A stretch of 64,000 nt of DNA from Eremomyces bilateralis CBS 781.70 (taxonomy: Eukaryota), in assembly GCA_010015585.1 (NCBI GenBank), contig ML975150.1; one strand, given 5' to 3'. Position 1 is the first letter of the stretch. Every line of letters begins with the position of its first letter. The notes below the pieces were generated by a model that did not search any database, was not told the origin of the DNA, and saw only the letters and a program-made list of their open reading frames with translations. Of the stretch, positions 13,009 to 25,644 are shown piece by piece. The position numbers and the translations under genes were made by a program.

Positions 13009-15412
13009 CCACCTGTCGTCCGCCACGCCAGACTTTGGATGTCAGTTCTGCAGTGTGTAATTGGGCAAGTTCATGAACTCTAGGCCAGTGGTCCAGAAGT
13101 TGAGTTTAGCAGGACTCTGCACCAACTTTACGGTGGGTAGCACCGCATCTATGTCTTTTTCTAGAGCCAAACTGTCCTTGGAAGAGCGTAGTCGCCCCTG
13201 AGCACGAAATTTACGACGCTACGCTTGGCGACGAGGAACCAAGGTCGATTGAAGGATTTCGGGATCTATTGCACTTACGTATACCATTTGGGACCTGCCT
13301 GGTAGCTAGGTATCACTGTATTGTGATACCAGCTGTGCATTTGGCCCAGGAAGGTCGAGAACGTGAGTCAGTGGACAGGAACCGGTCACTGAATGGTGGT
13401 GACAGGTTTTGGCCATTGACAAATTCTATTTCTTTGAATCACTTTTCTTTTTGAATGTTATTTTAGTATCATTTACTTACCCTATGTATGTATTTTCTGC
13501 AACGAACTGAAGCTCATGAAATGTGAAAGGGCACCCAGAGTCTAAGACATTGAACGAGGTGCGTGCGAAAGTCTGGCAGGCAACACTTGGCTGCATCAAG
13601 AGGAGTCAAGACAGGAAAAAACGTAATCCCCACCGAAATTGTTCCCAGGCGCCCGAAATACCGAACTGGATAGGTCTCAAACATAGATTTCTAAAATTTC
13701 TTAGCCGCATTTATGCTGGAGGTATTGGAATGCCCATCACTGCCACTGGTTGTGACTGGATGAAAATCTGATAAAGGAGTAGGAGGACGGTGGCGCTGTG
13801 GTTGGCACGAACACAAATAATGAGGCGTTTGGAAAGGAGCCACGGACAATGCTACAGTCTTGAAGGAATTTATTTCGAATATGCTTTCAGACACCCGCTT
13901 TGCTGCCATTGGCTATAGAATTCAAAAAGCATGGCGAGGCATGCAATTAAACGACATGGCGGGCTGGCGGCTGCTGCCGCATCAATAATGTTATACCACC
14001 CCTATCTCCTGAAGCTGACTGCTGTCAAATTTATAGAGGTGGAGTGGTCAGAGTCCGCTAAAATGCATCTTCGGCACTACGTTGTAATCTTTGTAGGTGC
14101 AGAATATACTATAAGGGCCTTGCTTCCGAAAACCCACAAAGACAGATTGAATAGATGCATGCTGGAGCCGATATGCACTGCATGCTGGTGAATTCAAATC
14201 TGGAGAGCTAGATCAACACAATATACCAACGGGGTTATCAGAACATGCACAGAGCTGCTAGGCTGATATGAAGAGGATCCATGGGTAGCATTTGACAGTG
14301 AATTCAGTCAGATTCATTTCAGGTTAAGGATTGGTGCCCATTACAAGGAAGTCGTAATTACGTATATTGCAATCAGCACTCCAGTGCCCGATAACACTAT
14401 GCTCAGGTACATTTTCCACAGAAGTAATTATCAACCCAATACATGACTTGTGGGGAAGAATAGTCGCAAAGACCTGTTAGATACAATTTAAAGCAATGCA
14501 AACGGCCGGTGAATCACAAGTACAAATTTCTGTAGCCACTTCGATATCAAGTCTCTTTACAACACCATCCGGGGCAGAATAAATAGTTTGGACTTCGCCT
14601 TTGACGTTCCCGTCCAGCCTACGGAAATTAAGGACCTATCGGCTTCCTCAACAATAAGAAATGCAAGGAATTTTCTTATAATGGCAATGTAAGGGGAAGG
14701 CTACCAACAACAAGACATTTCCAACATTCCTAGGCTATGCATCAAGCTCATCAATTTCCTTTTGAATGCAAAAGCACGAATCACTGATCGACGCGTATAC
14801 AAGTAAGGGGCGATATGATAGCAGTCAATGAGAATCAAAGCTAGATACTGTATCGTACGAGGGCCACTGAGAAGTATAGGTCTGCACTAAGAATTCCATT
14901 CGTAGCAGTTATTCCAGTATATTTAAAGATTCTGACAAGAAAGTACCGTAGTTAGCACAACCAGAAATCTCCCATTCTAAGCCCCCCGTCTACAGCTGAA
15001 GCATTCCGTATATTCGACTGATATGCTCGTCCCGGTGGGTCGCTGTCCTGCAACGCTAGCTAGCGTCGGCTTCTTCCTGGAGTTGCCCCCTTGCTTTATT
15101 CCAGAGATAATTCCTTAGAGATTCCCATGAGGACAGCCGCTTTCTTTGATAACTTACAGGCTACTCTTGATGCCAAGCAGGCGCTGGTCTATTCGCCCCG
15201 AATTCCCTCTCGTCATTCACTGACCAAAAATGGTGCACGGGGAATGTGGACCACCAGATTTTCATCGATTCTCCCACTTGCTATATAGAAATTCGAATGT
15301 ATTTGTGGTCTCCAGAAAATTCCTACTTTTTCATCCTTAAGACATATCTTGCTTTGATCCTTTAAAAGTTCACTAGAGCAAAAGTTCGTTAGCTGGAATC
15401 ACTACTAACACC

Positions 15413-17331
15413 ATGGAGTATATGTACAAGCTAGAGACAGTCCTTCCGAGTGTTCGAGACCTGGTAACAGCCCTTTTCATCTGCGTGACATTTTTTGGTG
15501 TGCTGCATGTGGTGTATACTCGCTATTTCAGCCCGTGTGCTCCGTTCCCTGGGCCATTCTTGGCGTCTACTACCACGCTCTGGAAAGTAGCGTCTCTGGT
15601 GAGCGGAGAGGGGGAGAAGAGACTGATGGCATTGCATAAGAAATATGGTCTGTTTGATTCCTACCATATTGAGCCAAGGGCTAATGTGACATCGTAGGAC
15701 CAATTGTGCGGATCGCGCCGAACGAGCTCTCTGTCTCTGAAGCATCAGCTATCAAGATCATCTACAAGACGTTTCCCAAGGTAGGAAATGGAGGTTAACC
15801 TGCTTATGAACGGATTGCCAATCACGGTACATAGACTGATCAATTCAAGCTTTTCAAAGCCCCGTTCGGTACGTACATTTCCGGACATCAACGCCGCCCA
15901 ATTATTCCTTTTAATGCTGACCTCAACCGTCCTCAGCGCGGCGTCCAGGACACATGGAGAACACAGACATCAAGCAGGCCGCTCAACGCCGACGAATTGT
16001 TGGCGATACGTATTCCATGTCCAAGGTGTTGTCCCTGGAGTCCTCGGTCGATCTCTGTCTGCAGCAGTTCCAGGAAAGATTTTCGCAATTCGCTGGGACG
16101 GGAACCGTGGTGAATCTTAAACTCTGGTCACATCTGTGAGCTCCCATAAGCATAACGCCCCTGAAAAATAGCTCATTTGTTTCAGGTTCACCTTCGACGT
16201 CATCGGCCAACTCATCTTCTCGCAAAGCTTCGGCTTCTTGGAGCGCGGCGGTGATCAGGGCCACATCATGCAAGCCATCGAAACGGCCATACATATTGCA
16301 ATGACGATGGTCAACTTTCCATGGTACCTACATCCGTTGGTGACGGTGTATGTCTTGATGATTCCCCGAATTGCAGCCCGCCTTGTAGCGATCCCAAAGC
16401 CGATCGGTGCCCTCGAAACACGGGTAGATCGAGCGATCCGAGGACTCTGCCACGATGCCCAGGCAAAGCCAATTGGACCAGAACGTCGAGATTTCTTAAC
16501 GCGATGGTTTGGAATCTACGCGGAAAAAGGGGCCGAGCTGGACTTTGGATTGGCCGAGATCAAACAAGAAGTCTGGACTGCGCTGTAAGCTTGACGAATG
16601 CAGCTTGAAGAATAAGAGATTTGCTGACCACCATCCAAGCTTCGCAGGGAGCGACACCACGAGCATTGCTCTCGCCGCCACGGTTTATCATTTGCTGAAG
16701 CATCCGGCTTGTTACTCCCGAGTCATCGACGAAATCGACAGCGCAGACGGTCAAGGGCTCCTGAGCCGTCCTTGCATCAGGTACGAAGAGGGATACGCAC
16801 TACAATACCTCCGTGCCTGTATCAAGGAGGCCACGAGACTCCATCCCAGTGGTTCCATTACATTCCCGCGCCGAGTGCCAAAGCAAGGGTGCATGGTCGC
16901 AGGGCAGTTCATCCCAGAAGGAACCGAGATTGGCTGCAACCCCTATGTCGTCCATAGAGACAGGAAAGTTTTCGGAGATGACGCCGACCGGTACAATCCA
17001 GACCGATGGTTGGGACCCAAGGCGGCCGAGATGGAGCGCCATTCGTTGTTGGTAAGTGGCTGATAGCTCAACGGGTATAGAAACCGACTGTGTTAACCCG
17101 TCCAAGTTCGGCTACGGCCCAAGAATCTGCATCGGGCGCAATGTATGTATTGTATATCCTCGTATCCACATCCATTACTGACACCAAAAGATCGCTCTTT
17201 GCCAGCTGTACAAGTTCATTCCGCAACTCCTTCGAGACTTCCGGTTGGAATTGGACGATCCACAGGGGGGATGGAGCTACACGCTGTACAAGACCGATAA
17301 GCTGGAAGTGCGAGTATCGAAGCGGTACTGA
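15413..17331 (+). CDS. Cytochrome P450, multi-exon
   Basis: N-terminal TM plus PFPGPFLA, I-helix AGSDTT, KEATR (ExxR), PDRW, heme motif FGYGPRICIG near 17107. Confidence 0.92.
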
Positions 17332-17498
17332 TGGCTCTTGCGGTGCCTCTTTTCCCAGAGTCCGTGGGATGACTCAAATCTCGAACTTGTCTGTTCTAGC
17401 GGGTATAAAGGCGGTCAAATACTAATACAAAATGACAACTGCACATTCGAATCCGTACTTAGAACCCAATGGGCAACGGGGAATGTCTTCAATATCGC

Positions 17499-18943
17499 TC
17501 AGGGCGCAAACCAAAGCTTATGCCCACACGTTCGATCCATCTTGTCGGCCCAGGTCTTTGCCCTCTCGAACATCCACCCGGACTTCACCTCAAGCTCTCC
17601 AGATTCGGCGGCGGTTTTCTGGCCAAGGAGGGCGTATTTTGAAACGAAACACTTGCCGTCAGTGTATTTAAACTGGAGGCAGCTCTTTTGACTTTGGCAG
17701 AGAGCGCGGCATGACTCGAAGGACTTCGGGGCATCACGCTCAATTTGGCCTTTCATCTTTCGAGGATCCTTTCCGTTGGGTATCTTGGTATCCCCAACGT
17801 ACACGACATCGTTCGCGAGATTGTCCCAGTTCTCTTTCTCGTTACGTAGCTGGGGTAGGATGTAATGACGGAAGACATCGCGATGCCGGATAGGGCCGTT
17901 GTGCTTTAGCCCCGTTAGTCTACGTATACCTAGAGAAATTGAAGAAAGGCGTCCCGTACCTCACGGAACCAATTGTTCTCAAAAGCTGCAAAGGTTAAGG
18001 CTTCCTCCGCTGGGACGTGATGATATGTTACGGCCGGAAAGCACCAAGCAACTCTGTGCGTTTTCCAGGTCGCGTGATCGAAGGTAGACGGCCGCATGTC
18101 CTGAAAATGAGGCCAAGCATATGTTAATGGGACGCCGGCGTCCATTAAAGTTTTCCCCAGCACGCAATCGCCGGCCCAATGGACCTCAATTAGATCGTTG
18201 TACTCTATCATATGGTCCGTCCAATGTTGTGTGACCATGCGCATAGCCGGGTTCGAGATCGCGAATCCTGCACCTCCGTAGCCGAATATGGTATCTCCAA
18301 TGTACATGTGCCGTCCCAGATAGTATGGTTTGGAGGCATCGAGGTGGGTGAGGTACTCGAGGAGATTCGACCAGATTATATACGTATCGGGTTCGAGAAA
18401 CACGAACCATTTGGCGTCCGGGTCGTGATTCAACGCCTTCGAGACCATTGGGAGAAATTTCCACTTGTCTAGCCTCCATCCTGGATTGTCCGTATTCCCA
18501 GCACCATTAGGAGCAGATATTCTCGACAATGCCTCTTCATCCAACCCCTGGCGTCCTTGCTCATGCAAATGCCTGTAAATTTCGAAGTCCTCGATATTGT
18601 TCTTCGTCCCATCTTCTACCTCGTCGAGCACATCGTATATATGGTACCCTTGAATGTCCTCCTCCAGGTCGGAATAGATAACGTAGTTCGGGGCGCAGCG
18701 GAGGGTCGTGTTGAAGTGGACCGGCAGCTTCTCTAAAGCTTCCGTGGCACCGGTTCGAAGGACGACGAGAACATCGTTCGCGAAGTCCGGCTCAGGACAG
18801 CGACCCTGACTGCCTGGTCGGACGAAGGAGGTCGATGGCGCGGAGGAGCTCGACCCTACCCAGCAGAGTCGTAGAATGACCACACTCAGGACGGCGGAAC
18901 AAAAAACGACGAGGCGACCGAGTCGACCTAGCATAAACGGCAT
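17499..18943 (-). CDS. Glycosyltransferase family 31 (Fringe-like), type II membrane protein
   Basis: VLRTGATEA, GWRLDKWKFLPM, KWFVFLEPDTY, YGGAGFAIS, WAGDCVLG, AVTYHHV; one intron near 17.9 kb. Confidence 0.85.
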
Positions 18944-20289
18944 AGCGGCCCTGCCATGGACATGGGATGATGGAAATAGGTGCCGTCGAGGCGATCCTCC
19001 GTGAGAACTAATGAGAACTAACGTATGAACGACAGATCCAGAAATATTCACAAGAAATAGACGATCATAAGCGCAGCTTCGGGATCAAAAGGAGTAGATT
19101 CTCGTCTGTACACAGGACCACAAATATGTTTGTAGTCGAATGGCTGTTGACGTCGGTCTTATCCAACCTCCGTCCCAGCTGCCCCTGGTCCACCCTGGAT
19201 CGGAAAAACTGATAGTAATAGTTACGGATAACTAAGTTATTGAGTCGCTAAGCTGTAAGGTATGGTTTAAACTCTACACAAAGGGGGTGAGCTATCAACA
19301 TCCATAACTACGTAACCAAATGCCACCCCGATTCCAACTCTATTTTCAGTAACCCATTGCACCCCGACATAGACCTGCCCATAAACTCTCAACGGTATCC
19401 TGCCGCGGGGTTTTTACCCTCTATATCCTCACTCCTTTGGCAAATGCATAGACTGGTTTCAGGTTATTCAAAAAGAGCTAGACGATCCTATTGTCGTGCT
19501 AGGGAACGTGTATAACATGAGCGAAACGGGAGTCCTCTTAAGTGGTGCTGGCCCAGTGCGGAGACTGTTAAGGGCATGGCCTATGGTTGGCATAGGCTGA
19601 GAGCCTAAGCCTAATCAAGCCTAGTAGCGTCGAGATGGAACCTCATCAAGATTCCTCTGTCACAGATACCTTTACTCTTTATCTCAATCAAGAATATCTT
19701 TGGCTATGTGTATGTTGTGTGCATCCAGCTACCGTGCCGTAACAGAGACAGCATAAAAGGTTAGGGGATGCATTGGAGGATGCTCGATACGAAATTAAAG
19801 TATCGGGGCGAGGCGAATATTGTTCTAGGCAACTTTGATCGCGATTCGATTGAATAGATATGGGCAACTTTTATAGAGGCTTTCTTTAGTGAATAATCGA
19901 GTTTCCAGTGGGTGTTGTGAGCAGCGGAAGCTACATGATTCTGGTGTGATGAAACTCGATGTTATTGGACAATAATCGAGACGGCTTTGCGCGAAGTGTA
20001 TCCGGCTGGGGGATGCGGCTTGCGGCTTGCGGCTGTGCATGTAGTATGTACTGACCAGTTCGTCGCAAGGCTGCACTTGAATGCTCTTTCTCTTGTTCAT
20101 ATTTGCCTTTCTAGATCCTAATGATGTCAATTGCAGTCAAAGTGATATACAATCATTTCACAGAAGACGCTCCAGGTACGGGTCAGTCCTCGTTGCGATG
20201 GTACCCTAGGTGAAGGTCGCATCCCGTCAACGCGAGAGCATGTTGATTTAGAATCATATGCTGCCTGTGGTTCGATACGATCACGCCAA

Positions 20290-21374
20290 ATGGTATACAT
20301 CAAACCAGTCTATCTAAGCATATCATTAACCTGACACAGGAACAATCTACAGCAGAGGAGGATCGGGTACAGCTCCAAACGATCAACCGTCTCAAAGAAA
20401 GTCTGAGGAACGGGTGCATAGCCATCATTGTCGGAGCCGGTATCACGATAAACGCAACAGTGCAGTCCTCAGGACATCCACTTGAGCGGATAACGTGGAA
20501 TGGGCTTGTCAAGCATGGTTTGGACTATCTAGTGACAAACCAATATGTGGATAGGAAAAATAGGCAGGTCAAGTGCGCACTAGATCTGCTCGAGAGCGAG
20601 GATACGGAAGATCTACTTCTTGCCGCCCATATACTCCGCGAAAAGTTGGACCGGTCTAGCCAACTTCCGACGTGGCTCGAATCCGTCTTTGGTGATCTCT
20701 ATGGCGACGTTCGCTACCCTGCAATACTTGACGCGCTCCGGGCACTCCATAAGAAGCGCGCTCTACTCTTGACAACGAATTACGATGACCTCTTAGAAAA
20801 GCATTGCGAACTCCCTAGAATCGGACGATCTAGTAGAAATAATGTGGCCAAGTTTCGACGAGGAGAGCTGGATGGCGTGTTCCATGTTCACGGTAGTTTC
20901 CACGACCCCGAGGAGGTCGTGTTGGGCTCAATAGACTACTTCAAAGTCAAGCAATCAGAAGCAGTACAAGATCTACTGCGAACGTATTTACAAGACAAGA
21001 CTATCCTCTTCGTTGGGTGCGGGTCTGGACTGGAAGACCCCAACTTCAACGAACTTCTGCGAAAGGCGAGCGAGCAACAGAGAGACCTACCGAACCGTCA
21101 TTGTTTACTTATTCGAGACGGTGATTCTATCAGATATAATCCTTTGGTGTCTGTCAAATACGGTTCGAGTTACGGTGGTTTGGCACCATTTCTCCATAGA
21201 TTGGCAAGTGAAACCCCAGATGAGTCTATGACAGGAGAGGTTGTCTCGCTTAGTGACCACCAGAAAGAGATCCTGTTGAAGTCTCTGAGGTTTGACCAAA
21301 TGGATGCTCGCCAGATGCAATCTGGAACCCCATCACGATGGACGACCGTTAACACTCTCGTTGTTGTGCCGTAA
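20290..21374 (+). CDS. SIR2-like (SIR2_2-type) domain protein ending in a truncated pre-NACHT linker
   Basis: IIVGAGITI, LLTTNYDDLLE, VFHVHGS, LFVGCGSGLEDPNF; inferred ATG exon plus intron 20293-20339 is in frame with ORF 20460-21374. Confidence 0.8.
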
Positions 21375-22088
21375 TCCTTGTACAGTATGATTAGGAATGC
21401 GATGCAATTTCCAGACCTGAATTTCTACTTTACTAGTAATTCTCTCTTGTCATAGCGATAACTGCATTATTGCGATACAATTTCCAACCGGAACTCCTAA
21501 TTTACTCGTACTTCTCGCTTGCTATAGTGATAACCGCGTGTCAACGCTTGAATTCGACTGTCGGAATGGGCTCGCGCTATCGAGAGTTAACAGTAGTACT
21601 CAACGTTTCTCGACCACTAACTACAGGAACCGTTTACATCATAGACGCATTACAAAGCACTCGTTTCCGAGATGTCCGCTACGAGATCGGTTAACCTACG
21701 AATAAGACCTCCAAACTATCCAAAGACAAGATAGCGAAGCTTTCCGCCCAGCGGCTCGGCTCGGCCCGCCCCGCTGATTGCCAGAACGCAGCACCCAAGG
21801 CGGGTGATTTGAATTCCCGGTCTAGGATTCGGATCAAGTCACGGTTGGTCAAAGCATAGGCTGGAAGTAGAATCACGAGCGGCGAATCGGAAGACGTCCC
21901 TATGGAGGTATCGGATATCTATCGACTAGCGAAGGAGATCATGCAAAAGCCGTGGCGAATCCGCCCCAAAGAATGATAAAATACGTCTTTCGCCTGCTGT
22001 ACTTTCATTCATTGTTGTTCCTTTATTCCTCACAACGCTCTTTTAGGTTTTCTTATATTTTTCCTTGTTAGGGTGTTGCCTGGATACA

Positions 22089-23126
22089 ATGACACTCCGC
22101 TGGATCAGGACAGCCATAGGGGGCATATGCCTCTTACTGTCTGTCGATGTCGCCCCTGCGACGCCAGGAACGCCAAGGCTCAGAAAACCCGCCAGTCCTG
22201 ACTACCACGGTAGAGACGCGTGTCCCGTGGCTTGCAACATAGCAGGACCCAACCCTCGAATTGGTCTGCCTGCCACAATTTCGAATAGGTTCAGTCCTGG
22301 TAGCACACCGTATTTTACGAGTTCTCGCTATATCATCCTGTGGATGATGCAGATACTCTTCATCGCATCTATACTTGCATTTCTTATGGCGCGGACTGGT
22401 ATAACCTCCCACACTTGGAAGCAAACACTACGGTTGCCGTCGAGTCTATGAACTCTACCTACAATTTGGGCTGGTGGGCCGATGGCGCACTCGCCGCCGC
22501 CGACATCAGGAACGTATCCAGGTAGATGTCCTATTATCTAAAGCGTGAGCATACCGATACCAAGAGCAACACAGTGTTGGCCCAGTCAGGCTCGGCCTCG
22601 GTCGGTCTTTACATCGGCAAGGGTCTATAGGACGAAGGCGTCGGCTCCTTCGCTCTCGAGTACATGGAAGACCATATTCGCAGCCTCGGAGTCACCCCCG
22701 GAAATGTGGCTATGCAGTTACCATATGCGAGCCAAACTGGAGCGGTGCCCGCACTTCGGGGGTGTTCGCTTCGGGTAATGTCACCTTTACCCCCGTGCAG
22801 GATGCAATGAAACTTGGCCCATGGGAAGCTGCCTCTCATTTCACGAGGCCAAGAACATTACCAGTCCGGCCGTCCTCGCCACTCATTTACAGTCAAAGAC
22901 GGTTCATCCGAGCTCTACAGCAGCCACCAGCTCTCTGCCAACCTTACGAGCCCAATTAGGAGCTCAGGACGAATGTAGAACTGTCCAGGTGGAACTGAGT
23001 GATAGTTGCGCTGCTTTGGTCGCAGAGTGCCGCATTTCCCCAGCAGACTTCACCAGAGACAATTCCGATCCTAGCTTCTGTCCAACTCTTAAGCTAGGAC
23101 ATTTCGGAGATCGGATGTATGGCTGA
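22089..23126 (+). pseudogene. Decayed N-terminus of a LysM-containing subgroup C chitinase (killer-toxin alpha-like) gene
   Basis: Signal peptide, CPVACNIAGPNP, RIYTC, LysM-like CRTVQVELSDSCAALVAECRISPADF..N...FCPTL; split across frames with stops and no GH18 domain follows. Confidence 0.7.
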
Positions 23127-24152
23127 ACCGCCGAAGTGCTGATGGCTGAATCACCTGCACAATGAATTTGCCTGGAACATGCAGTCCGGATTATCACCCA
23201 TCTTAGGCGGTCTTTGAATATCAAAACTCAACAAGGGGTCAAGGTTCTCCCGGTCCCGCGATCTAGCCTAAATGGATCAACGGAAGATAGCCGAACTGAT
23301 CCATTTTCGCGGAGCGGGAGCCGCTGTTGCTCTTGAGACTCGGTGGCTCGTGCTGATAAAGCCATGAATGATGAAACTCATGAAGGTGATGAAGCCATGA
23401 AGGGGATGATCTGAATATCTGATTGCTCATAGCATGTGCTGCAAGGACGGTATGTGTTAAACATGGATGGTTTATTGATCATAACAGACTTCATACTGCA
23501 ATCTGAATTCTGGTTTATATTGCAAACGAAACTTGGAAGCATCATCACTTCATCGCCATGCCACATCAGTTGGTTCCTTTTCTCTCCCCCTACAAATCGA
23601 ACATCCGAGTGGACAGACAATATCTAAATCTGAAAATAACTGTACACCAACGCTCAGCAAACACCCTAGGGACTAGTCCTCGGTGTTGGCGGATCGGCTT
23701 AGTTCCTGGACTAACGGTTTAAGCTTCACGATCTGATACCATAACCAACCCACAGTTATAATTGGCTCCAGTTGGAGCAAACTATTAACTGTAACTGGTA
23801 ACCGCTAACAACGAGGATTGCAATCCTTCCATTCGGAGCCGCCAGTGTCATCCGTGTATTTGCCAGTTTGGGCATGATCAAGAACGGTAAACTGAGGCTG
23901 TGGTTGTCGGTGAGACAGACTCATGAGTCCCAGCATCATCTACCAATATCCCGCTGCGGCATCCTTAACTTCTTCAAAGACCTCAAAGTTTTTTGACTCA
24001 TATCCAATGTGTCCCTTCTTCCATCCTCTTCAGTTTGTGCGAATATCATGCGTCACTGTTAAATCAGTCCCGTTAACTTGATCGTGAAATTCACGGCATC
24101 TAATATGCCTCCTTATTCCTCATAGTCGTCTTGGTACTTCGTACGGCCTCTA

Positions 24153-24201
24153 TCCTCCTCCTCCTTCTCCTCCTCCTCCTCCTCCTTCTCCTCCTCCTCC
24201 T
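24153..24201 (+). repeat. (CCT)n microsatellite
   Basis: About 16 CCT/CTT units upstream of the ATG at 24248. Confidence 0.9.
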
Positions 24202-24247
24202 CATTGACTTGCTATCCGAAACAAATTCCTTCCTGTCAACCGACGCG

Positions 24248-25179
24248 ATGCGGTCTCTATTGTTCTCAATAGCCTCTCTTATTCTATTCACATCCTCCTG
24301 CTGTGCGCAGGAACAAGTACCCTATATCCTCCATACTACCCCTTACGACAATATCAACGGATCATTCGTCTACCCTCGCGACTGGCCATCAAACTTCTCG
24401 ATCGGTTCGCAGATCAATATCACTTGGACGACGCAATTCCCATCTGTCCACCTATATTATTACCAGAATCGCAAGATCGCCGAGATCGTAAATATAGGAA
24501 GTGAGTGCCCTCTTTCAAATCCGTATCTTGGACTCTATTAATGCTGATACAGAGGCCCTCGTTCAACCCTGGTGCCTATGGGAAGTCCAGACCACCGTGA
24601 AAAATCTCACTGACCCCTGGGTCTTCCGCATCGTCAACGCCAAGGGCACGCTGTATGACCGGACAAACCTTGGCTTCACCAGTGCCGGATTCTACATCGA
24701 CCGAGATACCAACCCAGCCCCGTCTTCTTCCTTCACCCAATCCGAAACAACCGCCCCAACCAGACTCAATCGCCCATCATACCTCCCTAGCCGAACTCCC
24801 TGCCCAAGATCCCGAGCCACCTAGCAAGGACGGCCTATCCGAAGGCGCGAAGATTGGCATCGGCGTAGGTGCCGGCGTCGGCGTCCTCACCCTCACTATT
24901 GCTGGCATCGCACTCTTGTACTTCCGGAGGCAAAAGGGAGCGAACAAGGAGCATCTGAACGAGACGTATACGCCGGTCTAGCAGCTGTCGTCCGACTCGA
25001 AGGGGCCGGATTCAACACAACTGGCGAGTCATTACTCTCCTCACGATGGCCCTCACAAGGGACCTCAAAACTCACCTCGCACCTCACCGCCCAGTGTGCC
25101 TCTCCACGTCCCTATCAAGACAGATTCAAACCCAACGTATGAGTTGCCTGGGGACCTTATACAGCCACTGAAACCGTAG
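24248..25179 (+). pseudogene. Single-pass membrane protein (Mid2-like layout), apparently disrupted
   Basis: Signal peptide, S/T-rich linker, GLSEGAKIGIGVGAGVG TM helix, C-terminal YELPG; frame change near 24770 and in-frame TAG at 24979. Confidence 0.6.
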
Positions 25180-25644
25180 CGAGTCTTTGAAATGGCTGCT
25201 TTCCTTCACTAGTACCCGCTCATAGCGTAATACCATCTCCGTGGAAACCTCAAGTTGCACTAATAGACGACCGAAGACACAGGTCTTAATCTTTTTCATG
25301 TCCATGTAAATAGCCTGGCAAGCGAGTTTAACGATCGATGGGGTTTATGTTCGGCGCGGATTGCAGATTGTGGGTTGCGGGTCCTCGCATAAGTTATCAC
25401 AGCATCCAACACTGTCAGCGTTATCGAACATTCAGACATTGCATATGGTAGCCGAACGACATGCTCCATTGATTTCCGCTAGCTGCATAGTGTCTGCATA
25501 TGCCAAAGTGAGTTGAGACCTACGTGCAACAATTCAATGCCCAATCCGCAATTTCCGTAGATTCCCAAGCATGCGGACTGGCGCAGCAAGCCAACCATGG
25601 CCATCATCGCAGGACGCCAGTTCATAAATCCACATTACCCACCC

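Noticed and set aside
15413..18943. P450 plus GT31 as a secondary-metabolite cluster
   Set aside because: No backbone enzyme (PKS, NRPS, terpene synthase) in the window, and GT31 is a secretory-pathway enzyme
24100..24291. Poly-Arg and poly-Leu ORFs
   Set aside because: Artefacts of the CCT microsatellite
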